Source: a virus
Lineage: Duplodnaviria; Caudoviricetes
Direction: 5' to 3' (one strand)
DNA: 64,000 nt
IMG/VR virus record: IMGVR_UViG_3300006802_014262
Span: 4,328-68,327 of that record
The notes under the pieces are model-generated. The model had not been told where the DNA came from. It ran no database searches and saw only the letters and a program-made list of their open reading frames with translations. The position numbers and the translations under genes were made by a program. Below are positions 40,717 to 51,195 of the stretch, piece by piece. The stretch's first letter is position 1; each line of letters starts with the position of its first letter.

Positions 40717-43545
40717 ATGGATATATTAGGTGAAGGTTTTAATCAAGTTATATTAGATCAAATAGATACCCGACAAAAACTTTTTGCGGCTGGATATAAT
40801 TCTAACAATCCAAGAACCCCTGAACTTATAACTTATGCTACTTCAAATACTTCATTTGTACAATTAATGTCATCTGTTGAAATAGCTGATCCAAAAAAAT
40901 TAAATAGTCCATTTGTAGCTACTTTAAATAAAACAGGACAAGAATTAGCCAAAGAAGCTATATTGTTTGGTGGCGTTAAAGGATTAAAAAGTGGAATTCC
41001 TGATAAAAAAATAAGTAGTCCTTTTAATAATTATGCTTACGGATGGGGAGCAGGAGATTTTGGTTTAAGACCAATGCCTGGTATAACATCAGCTAATATT
41101 AAAACTGAAAATATAGGTTCACTAAAAACAGCAACTGTTAATATTAAATGTTGGGATAGAGCTCAATTTGAAATAATTGATACTTTATACTTACGTTTAG
41201 GATTTTATGTTTTATTAGAATGGGGTCATACTTTATATTCTAATAATAAAGGAAATATAATAAAAGATCCATTATCTTTAGAAACTGAATTTTTTAGTAA
41301 AAAAAATAACATAGATAATATGTTATCTTTAATTGTAAAAAAACGTCTTGAAGGTTTTGGTAATTATGATGCTTTATTTGGTAAAGTAGTTAACTTTAGC
41401 TGGAATTTTAATAATGATGGAAGTTACGATATAATTATAACAATTAGAAGTGTAGGTGATATCATAGAATCACTTAAAGTAAATGTTTTTAGTTCTGATA
41501 CAGATGCAGTAGTACCTACTCCTACTATCACTACTAACGTACTACCAGAAAATTTATTTACCACTGATACTACAAATACAGGATTAGTATCTTTAGGTGG
41601 TGGTGTTAATCCTACAATTAATATTAGTCCTACAGAAACTTCAAATGAAATTCCTATAGAACCAGAAGCTTTTAAAAGTAATATTAATTTTCGTTTATAT
41701 TCTTTAAAAAATGACTTAGATAATAGAGTAGTTAAAAATTCATTTCTTAATAATGATAATGTTTTTAGTATAACTACATATTTAAGTGATGGTAAATTAC
41801 AAGATATAGTTAAAATTAATTGGGACGGTGGTACACCTACTTATTATATTCGTTTTGGAGCATTTTTAAGAATAATACAAGGAGATGTTATACCTACTAT
41901 TAATGGAGCTAAAGCTCTTAAAATTGATTATGACATTGAATCTAATCTAATAAACTATTTAGATTATCAAGTAAGTACAAATCCTAAATATGTGTTAATT
42001 AAAAAATCAATAAGTTTACCTGAATTAAATGTTCAAATATTAAATAAAAGATGTGCTGATTTTGAAAAACCTATTGATGGTGTTAGTACTTATGGTAAAC
42101 TTATGAATACATATATAAGTTATGAATTTATAAAAACCAAATTAGACGAATTACGCTTAACCCCAGGATCTAAAGTATTATTAATTGATTTTTTTCAATC
42201 AATAGGTAAAACTATTAGTGATTGTTTAGGTGGTATTAATAATATAGTTCCTATTATAGATGAAGAAACAAATACTGTTAAATTTATAGACCAAAATTTA
42301 TTATATAAAAAAGACTTAGTTATAAATAAATTTAATGAAACCTATAAAACTCAAATAAGTACAACTCCTGGTAAATTTGAAATATATGGATATAATCCTT
42401 CAGGATCAAATGGTTCAGGTTCAGCTGGTTTTATAAAAGATATGGTAATGAAAACTGAATTAACACCTCAGTTTGCTAGTATGATTACTATTGGAGCAGC
42501 AGCAAGATCTAAAGTAGTAGGAGAAGATGCTACTGCTTTATCTAGAATAAATTCTGGTTTAACTAGTAGTTATATTGAAACGTATGAAGATCCTAAAATA
42601 ATAACATTAGCTACTACTTCTTCTGTTATTAATCAATATAAAACAGCAACAGAAAAATATAAACAGTTTTTAATTAGTATGGATATGAGTAATGATTTGA
42701 ACCCACCACAATGGGATGAAAATAATTTTAATAGTTATTCTAATACTTTAAACTCATTTATAACTTTTGCTCAAAATATAACTTCTGAACTTAGTGGCTC
42801 AGCTTCAACATCAACAGGATTTATTCCTATTAATGTTTCATTAAAAATGACAGGGATGTCTGGTATGAAAATATATCAAGAATTTACAGTTGATACTAAA
42901 TATTTACCTTCAAATTATAATAGAGAAATGTGTTTCTTAATTAAAGGAATAAACCATACTATCCAGAATAATATGTGGAGTACAACTATTGAATCTTTAT
43001 CATTACCTAAAATAACAAATAAACCATTCCCCTTATTTACTGCTTTTAATTTAGTTAAAGAAACAAAAGATTTTGATCAAGAAAATATTAAAATAGCAGT
43101 TCAATTCTTTAAACGTCAAGGCTTTACTAATGAACAAGTAGCAGGTATATTAGGTAATTTTATTCAAGAATCTGGATTAGATCCTAATAAAGTAGGATAT
43201 GGTCTTGGTATAGCTCAATGGTTAGGTGTTCGAAGACTAGAATTAGAAAAACAACCCACATATAAAGGTCCATTATTAACTCAATTAGATTTTGTTGTAA
43301 AAGAATTAACAGACAATAAATTATATAAAACAACAGATGGTAAAGGATATGATGCAAGTTTAACAAACGCTAGAGTAAAATTATTTAATGTAAAAACAAC
43401 ACCAGGAAATGAATTAGCAGCAGTAAAAGAAGCTACATTAGTGTGGTTGCAATATTATGAAAGAGCTTTAGGTCAAGAAGAAGCTAATCGAATTGGTTAT
43501 GCTATAGATATTTACCAAAAAATAATAAACGGAGATTATAAATAA
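40717..43545 (+). CDS. Baseplate hub protein with C-terminal phage tail lysozyme domain
   Basis: C-terminal AGILGNFIQESGLDP...G.GIAQW...R...QLDF..KEL...YER (Phage_lysozyme2-like); N-terminal P.PGITS...LEWG. Confidence 0.78.
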   Translation: MDILGEGFNQVILDQIDTRQKLFAAGYNSNNPRTPELITYATSNTSFVQLMSSVEIADPKKLNSPFVATLNKTGQELAKEAILFGGVKGLKSGIPDKKISSPFNNYAYGWGAGDFGLRPMPGITSANIKTENIGSLKTATVNIKCWDRAQFEIIDTLYLRLGFYVLLEWGHTLYSNNKGNIIKDPLSLETEFFSKKNNIDNMLSLIVKKRLEGFGNYDALFGKVVNFSWNFNNDGSYDIIITIRSVGDIIESLKVNVFSSDTDAVVPTPTITTNVLPENLFTTDTTNTGLVSLGGGVNPTINISPTETSNEIPIEPEAFKSNINFRLYSLKNDLDNRVVKNSFLNNDNVFSITTYLSDGKLQDIVKINWDGGTPTYYIRFGAFLRIIQGDVIPTINGAKALKIDYDIESNLINYLDYQVSTNPKYVLIKKSISLPELNVQILNKRCADFEKPIDGVSTYGKLMNTYISYEFIKTKLDELRLTPGSKVLLIDFFQSIGKTISDCLGGINNIVPIIDEETNTVKFIDQNLLYKKDLVINKFNETYKTQISTTPGKFEIYGYNPSGSNGSGSAGFIKDMVMKTELTPQFASMITIGAAARSKVVGEDATALSRINSGLTSSYIETYEDPKIITLATTSSVINQYKTATEKYKQFLISMDMSNDLNPPQWDENNFNSYSNTLNSFITFAQNITSELSGSASTSTGFIPINVSLKMTGMSGMKIYQEFTVDTKYLPSNYNREMCFLIKGINHTIQNNMWSTTIESLSLPKITNKPFPLFTAFNLVKETKDFDQENIKIAVQFFKRQGFTNEQVAGILGNFIQESGLDPNKVGYGLGIAQWLGVRRLELEKQPTYKGPLLTQLDFVVKELTDNKLYKTTDGKGYDASLTNARVKLFNVKTTPGNELAAVKEATLVWLQYYERALGQEEANRIGYAIDIYQKIINGDYK

Positions 43546-44138
43546 TGTATTATCCATTATCCCAAATAACACCTAATTTATATACTAATGGAGGAGAATT
43601 TCAAATCAAATCCACAGGGGTACCTTATACCGGTTATTACTTTAAAACTTCTACAGGCCAATATTTTACAGGGCGTAATCAAAATGATAACCCAGTATTA
43701 GAATTAATTTCAACTAATACTTCAGTTACTATTGATAATAATCAAATAGTATTACCTGAAATAACAACGTTACGTAGTCCAATTTATAATAATATAAAGC
43801 CTATTAGTACTACTCAAATATTTAAACCAGTTTATAATCCAAATGTTCCAACACAACAAGATTATCAAATAGGAGAATATAGAAGATATTTTTGTAAAAA
43901 AACAAATGAAATAATTTATATTGAAATAGATCAAAATACATTTGATAAATTATCATCTCAATCTCCAACTATACTTTGGTCATTATATCAACCGTTTTTC
44001 TTACCTTGGAATCTAACAGGTAATAAAGAACAAGTAGCAACAATAAATCGCAACATGGTTTTATTAACTATGAAAAATTTATCATTACCTCAATTCGACG
44101 CTTACTTAAAATTCGACTTTACAAAGTATTACGTTTAA
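43545..44138 (+). CDS. Hypothetical baseplate-region protein
   Basis: 197 aa, coupled (TAATG) to hub gene. Confidence 0.55.
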   Translation: MYYPLSQITPNLYTNGGEFQIKSTGVPYTGYYFKTSTGQYFTGRNQNDNPVLELISTNTSVTIDNNQIVLPEITTLRSPIYNNIKPISTTQIFKPVYNPNVPTQQDYQIGEYRRYFCKKTNEIIYIEIDQNTFDKLSSQSPTILWSLYQPFFLPWNLTGNKEQVATINRNMVLLTMKNLSLPQFDAYLKFDFTKYYV

Positions 44139-44140
44139 GC

Positions 44141-44170
44141 TTGGCAATTTAATTTTTGTTTAGTATATTA
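44141..44170 (+). promoter_or_regulatory. Putative early/middle promoter TTGG-N18/19-TATRTT (representative; TTGG also at 23734, 27754, 45990, 53194, 54634, 56953, 57486, 62356)
   Basis: Nine sites just upstream of non-structural genes with fixed 22-23 nt offset; resembles the Bacteroidota -33 TTTG / -7 TAnnTTTG promoter. Confidence 0.78.
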
Positions 44171-44186
44171 TAGTACAAAATAGGTT

Positions 44187-45464
44187 ATGTATTATATTAT
44201 CGAAACATTAGATCAACTAAAAGTCTTATACAATCTTAAGACACAAAAAGCATTTGTTGAGGTAATTCCATTTAACTCTAATGTTCATCCTGCCTTAAAT
44301 AAAGTATCATTAGTCTATATTAGACCACTTGATGATACTAAAGGATATCTAATATGTGTTAACCACAGTGAAACACTACACATAAATAAAAATCATGTTG
44401 AAAGTGTTTTAAAAGACATTCCAGAATTGTGGGTACGTAATAAGAAACAATTTTTATACTACTTTCAGATAAAAGCATGTTGCGATATATCACTAATATC
44501 TCCTACGGATATACAACCCACTTTTACACATCAACATTTTTATCAACGATTTCCACAAAAACAAGACATCAATCGTATAATACCGGTATCAAAACACTAT
44601 GAACTGTGTGAAACCGTGTATAACCAAATCAAACCATTAATACCACACCATTTGCCCGAGTGGTTCGAATTTTATAATAACCGGGTTACTTTGGCTTTAT
44701 TTGGGATTGAAAAAAACGGTATAACATTTAATAAACCAATATTTGAAACATACTATGAAACAAATAATGACTACTATTCAATTGACAATGATAAAATATT
44801 CACGCAATATAATATCTATACTACAACTCGCAGACCCGCTAATTCCTATAATGGTATTAACTTTGCAGCACTAAAAAAAGAAACACGATCAAGTTTTATT
44901 CCAAGTAATGATATATTCGTAGAAATGGATATATCGGCTTATCACCCAACATTAGCAGCACAACTAATTGAGTATGATTTTGGAGACAAAGACATACACG
45001 CTTCGTTCGCCGAAATGTATGGTGTGGATTATAAAACAGCTAAGGAATTAACATTCAAGCAACTATACGGAGGAGTATTTAAAGAATATGCTCACCTAGA
45101 GTATTTTAAGAAAATACAAATGTATATGGATGATGCTTGGGACACTTTACAATACGGAGGATATTATGATTGTCCTATATCTAAATACAGATATGAGTTG
45201 AGTAAGCTGGAAAATATGAATCCAAACAAGTTGTTTAATTATATATTACAAAATATGGAAACATCTAACAATATGAATATATTGATGGATATACATAAGG
45301 TATTAAGGGGTAAAAATACAAAAATTGTACTTTACACTTATGATTCATTTTTATTAGATTATGATAAAAGTGAGAATGACCTTTTACCTAAAATTGGTGA
45401 AATTTTTACAAAATACAAATTACAAATTAAAACCAACACAGGAAATAGTTATGACTTTAAATAA
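44187..45464 (+). CDS. Compact family A DNA polymerase
   Basis: TTT.R, motif A EMDISAYHP, DIH, motif B AKELTFKQLYG, NY.LQ, motif C YTYDS. Confidence 0.82.
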   Translation: MYYIIETLDQLKVLYNLKTQKAFVEVIPFNSNVHPALNKVSLVYIRPLDDTKGYLICVNHSETLHINKNHVESVLKDIPELWVRNKKQFLYYFQIKACCDISLISPTDIQPTFTHQHFYQRFPQKQDINRIIPVSKHYELCETVYNQIKPLIPHHLPEWFEFYNNRVTLALFGIEKNGITFNKPIFETYYETNNDYYSIDNDKIFTQYNIYTTTRRPANSYNGINFAALKKETRSSFIPSNDIFVEMDISAYHPTLAAQLIEYDFGDKDIHASFAEMYGVDYKTAKELTFKQLYGGVFKEYAHLEYFKKIQMYMDDAWDTLQYGGYYDCPISKYRYELSKLENMNPNKLFNYILQNMETSNNMNILMDIHKVLRGKNTKIVLYTYDSFLLDYDKSENDLLPKIGEIFTKYKLQIKTNTGNSYDFK

Positions 45465-45915
45465 AAACGGCGATATGTATAATTCGATAAATTATGACTT
45501 TCAACACATTTTTAATACATTCGACGTGAATAATAGGTTACTATGCACTTTCATAGCTTTAGAGGGATTAGACGGGCTAATAAACGAAGTTTCTAAAACA
45601 TACGATATCATGTACAACAAGATTTTTGTTTTACATGTTCAAAATACAGGTGAGTATGTTATTACTTATAATATTGATCAAGGTAACGTGAACACGATAC
45701 CAACAAATACAATATTAGTACACCGTAAAAAAGAATCAAACACACTATATACAATTAATGCTCTTAATGAATTAATTAAGTCGTTAAATAGAGGTGTAGT
45801 TGACCCATCATTTAGAATTGATTGGCAACACTATAAAAATAGTATTTTATTAACTCAACATAACGAACTAAAAACACTTAATACTAAAATTCATAAAATA
45901 GTAGACTTAGTGTAA
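45451..45915 (+). CDS. Conserved hypothetical protein
   Basis: LLCTF...TYNI...VHRKK.SNTLYTINALN; start probably ATG 45451 or later rather than 45361. Confidence 0.6.
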   Translation: MTLNKNGDMYNSINYDFQHIFNTFDVNNRLLCTFIALEGLDGLINEVSKTYDIMYNKIFVLHVQNTGEYVITYNIDQGNVNTIPTNTILVHRKKESNTLYTINALNELIKSLNRGVVDPSFRIDWQHYKNSILLTQHNELKTLNTKIHKIVDLV

Positions 45916-46059
45916 TATTTATTATTGCAAAACAAATCACCCCAACATATCAAACAAAATCATCTAAGGTCCAATTTTTGGGCCTTAGTTTGGCCTCGTA
46001 TAATACGTTCATTATATTAGAATATAAATAATAGTTTTAAATTAAACAAATATACAGTT

Positions 46060-46884
46060 ATGGATTTATCAGAAATCAAATCGAAGCTTGCGAAATTACA
46101 AGCTAAACCCGGTTCAAACAAAACCGACAAGAAAAATTCAGGTTGGAAACCATCAATCGGAAAACAAAATGTTCGTATTGTACCTAATAAGTATAATAAG
46201 AAAAACCCATTCACAGAATTATATTTCTACTATGGTATTGGTAAAAAAGTAATGATCTCTCCTCTATCATGGGGTGATAAAGATCCAATTGCTGAATTTG
46301 CAAAACAATTACGTAGTACAAATGACAAGGAAAATTGGAGATTAGCTAAGAAATTAGATCCAAAAATGAGAATTTTTGCTCCTGTTATTGTTAGAGGTGA
46401 AGAAGCAAACGGAGTTAAGTTATGGCAGTTTGGTAAGGAGTTATATATGGACTTCTTAAATTTAGCTGATAATGAGGACGTAGGAGACTTTACAGACGTA
46501 GCAGAAGGTAGAGACATTATTATTAATACAGTAGGACCAGATGTAACTGGTACACAGTATAATAAATCAACAATTATGGCTCGTACAAAAATTACTCCAT
46601 TATCTGAGGATGCAAATCAAATTCAAAATTGGTTAGATGAACAGCCAAATCCTTTAGAAGAGTTTAAAAAGTATTCATTCGACGAAATGAAGTCAGCTTT
46701 ACAAGAGTGGTTAACACCTGAAGAGCCAGAAGAAGGTTCAATCATTGATGATGAAGTTACTACTGAAGACAAAGCAGATGACTTACCTTGGGAAGCAGCT
46801 ACTAAAACACCAAATTACACTTTAACAGCTAAACCAGCTCCTAAAGCAAGTAAATTTGACGCACTATTTGATGACGAAGACTAA
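46060..46884 (+). CDS. Single-stranded DNA-binding protein (gp32-like)
   Basis: WKP..G...VRIVP, DPI.E, VKLW.FGK, D.TD...GRD, acidic tail FDALFDDED. Confidence 0.85.
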   Translation: MDLSEIKSKLAKLQAKPGSNKTDKKNSGWKPSIGKQNVRIVPNKYNKKNPFTELYFYYGIGKKVMISPLSWGDKDPIAEFAKQLRSTNDKENWRLAKKLDPKMRIFAPVIVRGEEANGVKLWQFGKELYMDFLNLADNEDVGDFTDVAEGRDIIINTVGPDVTGTQYNKSTIMARTKITPLSEDANQIQNWLDEQPNPLEEFKKYSFDEMKSALQEWLTPEEPEEGSIIDDEVTTEDKADDLPWEAATKTPNYTLTAKPAPKASKFDALFDDED

Positions 46885-46896
46885 TAATTAAACAAA

Positions 46897-47973
46897 ATGG
46901 CTAAAAAAGACACATCACTAGCAGCAGCGGTATCTGCTGAATTGAGAGGTAGCTTTGACTTAAATAAATTTAAAGAAAAGAAATTATTAAGTTCAAATGT
47001 GAAATTCAAAGATCAAAAATGGATACCATTATCTAAAGCATTTCAAGATGTAACTTCGGTTCCTGGGATTCCTCAGGGTCATATAGTCCTACTAAGAGGT
47101 CATAGTGATACAGGTAAAACAACAGCGTTAATTGAAGCAGCAGTAGCTGCTCAAAAACAGAAAGTATTACCTGTATTCATTATTACTGAGATGAAGTGGA
47201 ATTGGGAACACGCAATTCAGATGGGATTAGATGTTAAAACAATTGTAGATGAATCAACAGGCGAGGTATTAAATTATGAAGGTAATTTTATTTACGTAGA
47301 TAGAGAAACGTTACATACAATTGAAAACGTAGCAGCATTTATTTTAGATTTATTAGACGAACAGAAAAAAGGTAATTTACCATATGATTTATTGTTCTTA
47401 TGGGATTCAATTGGTTCTATACCATGTGAATTATCAGTTCGTTCAAATAAAAATAATAATGAGTGGAACGCAGGCGCAATGTCAACTCAATTTGGAAATA
47501 GTGTTAACCAAAAAATCACATTATCGAGAAAAGAAAGTTCAAAATACACTAATACATTAGTTTGTATCAATAAAGTATGGACGGCTAAGCCTGAAATGCC
47601 TATGGGTCAACCAAAATTAATGAATAAAGGTGGATTTGCAATGTGGTTTGACGCTACGTTTGTAGTAACATTTGGTAATATTTCAAATGCAGGTACATCT
47701 AAAATCAAAGCGATTAAAGATGGTAAGCAAGTAGAATTTGCTAAACGTACAAATATTCAAATCGATAAAAATCACATTAACGGAGTTCAATCTCGAGGTA
47801 AAATCATTATGACACCTCATGGATTCATTAACGATACTGAAAAAGAATTAAAATCTTATAAAGACGCTCACGCGAAAGAATGGATGAAAATCTTAGGCAG
47901 TTTAGATTTTGATGTCTTTGAAGAAGAAGAGGGATTCGAAGGGACTGATGTATTTTCACAAGAACCAGAATAA
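46897..47973 (+). CDS. RecA/UvsX-like recombinase
   Basis: GIP.G....L.GHSDTGKTT (Walker A), FLWDSIG (Walker B), IN, GG.A..F. Confidence 0.88.
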   Translation: MAKKDTSLAAAVSAELRGSFDLNKFKEKKLLSSNVKFKDQKWIPLSKAFQDVTSVPGIPQGHIVLLRGHSDTGKTTALIEAAVAAQKQKVLPVFIITEMKWNWEHAIQMGLDVKTIVDESTGEVLNYEGNFIYVDRETLHTIENVAAFILDLLDEQKKGNLPYDLLFLWDSIGSIPCELSVRSNKNNNEWNAGAMSTQFGNSVNQKITLSRKESSKYTNTLVCINKVWTAKPEMPMGQPKLMNKGGFAMWFDATFVVTFGNISNAGTSKIKAIKDGKQVEFAKRTNIQIDKNHINGVQSRGKIIMTPHGFINDTEKELKSYKDAHAKEWMKILGSLDFDVFEEEEGFEGTDVFSQEPE

Positions 47974-47976
47974 AAA

Positions 47977-49017
47977 ATGAATACAGATGAATTATTTAAA
48001 CTTCTTGACAACGTAACTCAAGAAGTAAAGGACGAGCCTACCTCAAATAAACACTCTAGAGTAGTTCTAGTAGATGGATTAAATTTATTTCTAAGAAACT
48101 TTGCTGTATTAAATTACATTAATTCAGATGGAGTGCATATAGGAGGTTTAGGTGGATTCTTAAGATCATTAGGATTTCTGATTAACAATATTCAACCAAC
48201 ATCTGTATATCTAGTATTCGACGGTATAGGTTCTTCCAATAACAGGAAGAACTTATTACCCGAATACAAATCAGGAAGACATCAAACACGAGTTACTAAT
48301 TGGGATACATTTGATGATTTAGAAGACGAAAATATTTCTAAGTATAATCAAATTGCTCGTTTAATTCATTATCTAAAATGTTTACCTGTTAAAACAGTAG
48401 CAATAGATAAAGCAGAAGCCGACGACTTAATAGCTCATTTAAGTACTCATTTAGCTTCAACTCACGATTCTAAAGTTTATATAGTATCTTCAGATAAAGA
48501 TTTTTTACAATTAGTAAATAAAAATATTATTATTTATTCTCCGATTGAAAAAGATTTCTATGATAGTAAAACTGTAAAGAGCAAGTTTGGCATTCCGCCT
48601 GAAAATTTTATCTTATATAAAACACTATTAGGAGATAATTCAGATAAAGTACCTGGTGTTAAAGGTTTAGGTAAAGGAAAAATATTTAAATTGTTTCCTG
48701 AATTGCAAACTGAAATATTAACATTAGATGATATTTTTAGAATTAGCGCTGAGAAATATAAGGAACATATTATCTATTCTAGAATAGTATTTGAAGAAGA
48801 TTCAATACGAAATTGTTTCAAAATTATGAATCTAGCTAAACCAATTATAGACGATAGTGAGAAACAGTTCTTAGAAGAACTAATATTAGAAGAAGCACCA
48901 GAATTAAGAGCAGGTGATTTCTTAAAATTATACCATGAGGATGGAATGGGTTTTACAATTAAAAATGTAGAACATTGGTTACCTAACAATTTTAATATAT
49001 TAAATAGTTACAAATAA
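47977..49017 (+). CDS. 5'-3' exonuclease / RNase H (FEN, T4 rnh-like)
   Basis: VDGLNLF.R, VFDG, YKSGR, EADD, SSDKDFLQL, GDNSDKVPGVKGLG. Confidence 0.93.
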   Translation: MNTDELFKLLDNVTQEVKDEPTSNKHSRVVLVDGLNLFLRNFAVLNYINSDGVHIGGLGGFLRSLGFLINNIQPTSVYLVFDGIGSSNNRKNLLPEYKSGRHQTRVTNWDTFDDLEDENISKYNQIARLIHYLKCLPVKTVAIDKAEADDLIAHLSTHLASTHDSKVYIVSSDKDFLQLVNKNIIIYSPIEKDFYDSKTVKSKFGIPPENFILYKTLLGDNSDKVPGVKGLGKGKIFKLFPELQTEILTLDDIFRISAEKYKEHIIYSRIVFEEDSIRNCFKIMNLAKPIIDDSEKQFLEELILEEAPELRAGDFLKLYHEDGMGFTIKNVEHWLPNNFNILNSYK

Positions 49018-49024
49018 ATAAGTT

Positions 49025-50401
49025 ATGACATTACAAACGATAGATCAGTATGGGACGGGATTTCAAATTAAAGTTATATCAGCTTTATTAACTCGTAAAG
49101 AATTTTTAGTAAACATTCATGATTTATTGACTGACGAATATTTTTCAAATCAAGGTCACAAATGGATTATTAAGCAAATTCTAGATTACTATTACAAATA
49201 CCATACCACACCAAGTATGGAAGTACTTAAAGTTGAGTTAAAAAAATTAACTAACGAAGTATTACAAGTATCTATTAAAGAACAATTAAAAGAAGCATAT
49301 ACATCATCAGACGATGATTTAGAATATGTAGAAAATGAATTTTCTAATTTCTGTAGAAACCAACAACTGAAGAGAGCTCTATTAAACAGCGTTGATTTAC
49401 TTAACGCCGGAGATTATGACTCTATTAGGTTATTGGTTAATAACGCGCTTAAAGCGGGACAAGACAAAAATTTAGGTCACGAATACAATAAAGATACTGA
49501 ATCTCGATATAGAGAAGATAATCGCTCATTTGTTCCGACACCTTGGGACCATTTAAATATATTATTACAAGGTGGTTTAGGAGGCGGTGACTTAGGTATC
49601 ATATTTGGTAATCCAGGCGGAGGTAAATCATGGTCGTTAGTTGCATTAGGTGGTAATGCAGTTAAATTAGGATATAACGTTATACATTATACACTAGAAT
49701 TAGGCGAAGATTATGTAGGAAGACGTTATGATGCATTTTTTACTAATAAACCAGTACAAAATATCGCAAAACATAGAAAAGAAATCGAAGATATTGTACC
49801 AAATTTACCAGGTAATTTAATTATTAAAGAGTTTCCGATGGGTAAAGCAACAACTTCGATGGTTGAGTCACATATTAAGAAATGTATTGAATTAGATTTC
49901 AAACCAGACTTAGTTATTATTGACTATATTGATTTATTACGCTCTAAACGTTTAAAAGGTGAACGTAAGGATGAAGTTGATGATTTATATGTAAGTACTA
50001 AAGGATTAGCAAGAGAATTAAATTTACCAATTTGGTCAGTATCTCAAGTAAATCGCGCAGGTGCTAAAGATGATGTAATTGAAGGCGATAAAGCCGCAGG
50101 TTCATATGATAAAATGATGATTGCTGATTTTGCAATGTCATTATCAAGAAAACGTTTAGATAAAACAAACGGTACAGGTAGAGTTCATATTATGAAGAAC
50201 AGATACGGTATGGATGGTATGACATTTAACGCTAAAATTGATACATCTACAGGTCATATAGACATTAATACAGCTGAAATGCATATTGAGGATTCAGAAC
50301 CAGAACAAGGCTTTAGACCAGCAGGTTTATCACCAAGTACTAATTTTGATTTTATGGATAAGCAGTTACTAAGTCAGAAATTTTTTGAATTAGGGAAATA
50401 A
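49025..50401 (+). CDS. DnaB-like replicative helicase (gp41-like)
   Basis: GNPGGGKS, TLEL, IIDYIDLL, SQVNR, KNRYG. Confidence 0.93.
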   Translation: MTLQTIDQYGTGFQIKVISALLTRKEFLVNIHDLLTDEYFSNQGHKWIIKQILDYYYKYHTTPSMEVLKVELKKLTNEVLQVSIKEQLKEAYTSSDDDLEYVENEFSNFCRNQQLKRALLNSVDLLNAGDYDSIRLLVNNALKAGQDKNLGHEYNKDTESRYREDNRSFVPTPWDHLNILLQGGLGGGDLGIIFGNPGGGKSWSLVALGGNAVKLGYNVIHYTLELGEDYVGRRYDAFFTNKPVQNIAKHRKEIEDIVPNLPGNLIIKEFPMGKATTSMVESHIKKCIELDFKPDLVIIDYIDLLRSKRLKGERKDEVDDLYVSTKGLARELNLPIWSVSQVNRAGAKDDVIEGDKAAGSYDKMMIADFAMSLSRKRLDKTNGTGRVHIMKNRYGMDGMTFNAKIDTSTGHIDINTAEMHIEDSEPEQGFRPAGLSPSTNFDFMDKQLLSQKFFELGK

Positions 50402-50432
50402 GGTTTAATATTTATCATCACAAACAGAAAAT

Positions 50433-50912
50433 ATGTCTACAGTAGTATTAATAGCTTGTTCCGCAACAAAATTGAGTAAACCAGCTCCCGCTTATCAGTT
50501 TTACTCATCTGATTTATTTCAGAAAAATTGGGAATATGCTAAAAAACATGCTGACGAAAAAAACATATATATTGTATCTGCAAAACATCATTTAGTACCT
50601 CATAATAAAACATTAGCACCATATGATTTAACTTTAAAAGATATGCCATCTGATAAACGTAAAGAATGGGCCGATATCGTTTTAAAACAAATCAAAGAAA
50701 AAGGTTATAGTTTAGATAATGATAAGTTCATATTTTTAGCAGGTAAAGCTTATAGACAATATCTAGAACCAGAAATGAAGCATGTTGAAACTCCATTTGA
50801 AGGTTTAAGAATAGGTCAACAAAAGAAAGCGTTACTAAAAGCTTTAAAAGAACAACTAATTAGTTTTGCAAGATATATTATTAATGAAGTTAAAAAAATA
50901 AACTTACTATGA
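50433..50912 (+). CDS. DUF6884-like protein
   Basis: LIACSATK...A...Y.S.LF...IVSAKH.LV......PYD.TL...LAG..Y...GL.IGQQ recalled as the DUF6884 pattern; not searched. Confidence 0.7.
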   Translation: MSTVVLIACSATKLSKPAPAYQFYSSDLFQKNWEYAKKHADEKNIYIVSAKHHLVPHNKTLAPYDLTLKDMPSDKRKEWADIVLKQIKEKGYSLDNDKFIFLAGKAYRQYLEPEMKHVETPFEGLRIGQQKKALLKALKEQLISFARYIINEVKKINLL

Positions 50913-51172
50913 AATTAGAGCAAAATTATATCAACAAGCTAATTACTGAGTATATCGAAGATAGTTATTCCTTCGGAGATGAGAATCCCGATCTAATTAA
51001 CGAGACCCTAAACTCGTATAAACAGTTGATTGTAGAATCAAACAAACCAGTTATTACTCTGGAAGCATTAAAATCACATGCTTCTAGTCTAACAGAATCA
51101 AAACAAGAAGTATTTAATGATTTCATTTTATATCTTCAAATGACGGAATTAGACAACAAATTATTTAATTAG
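50909..51172 (+). CDS. Small acidic protein, possibly head-associated
   Basis: ATGA overlap with upstream gene; ITE, INE, IVE, LTE sites. Confidence 0.5.
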   Translation: MKLEQNYINKLITEYIEDSYSFGDENPDLINETLNSYKQLIVESNKPVITLEALKSHASSLTESKQEVFNDFILYLQMTELDNKLFN

Positions 51173-51195
51173 TTAATTTAAAATTTTATTTAAAC

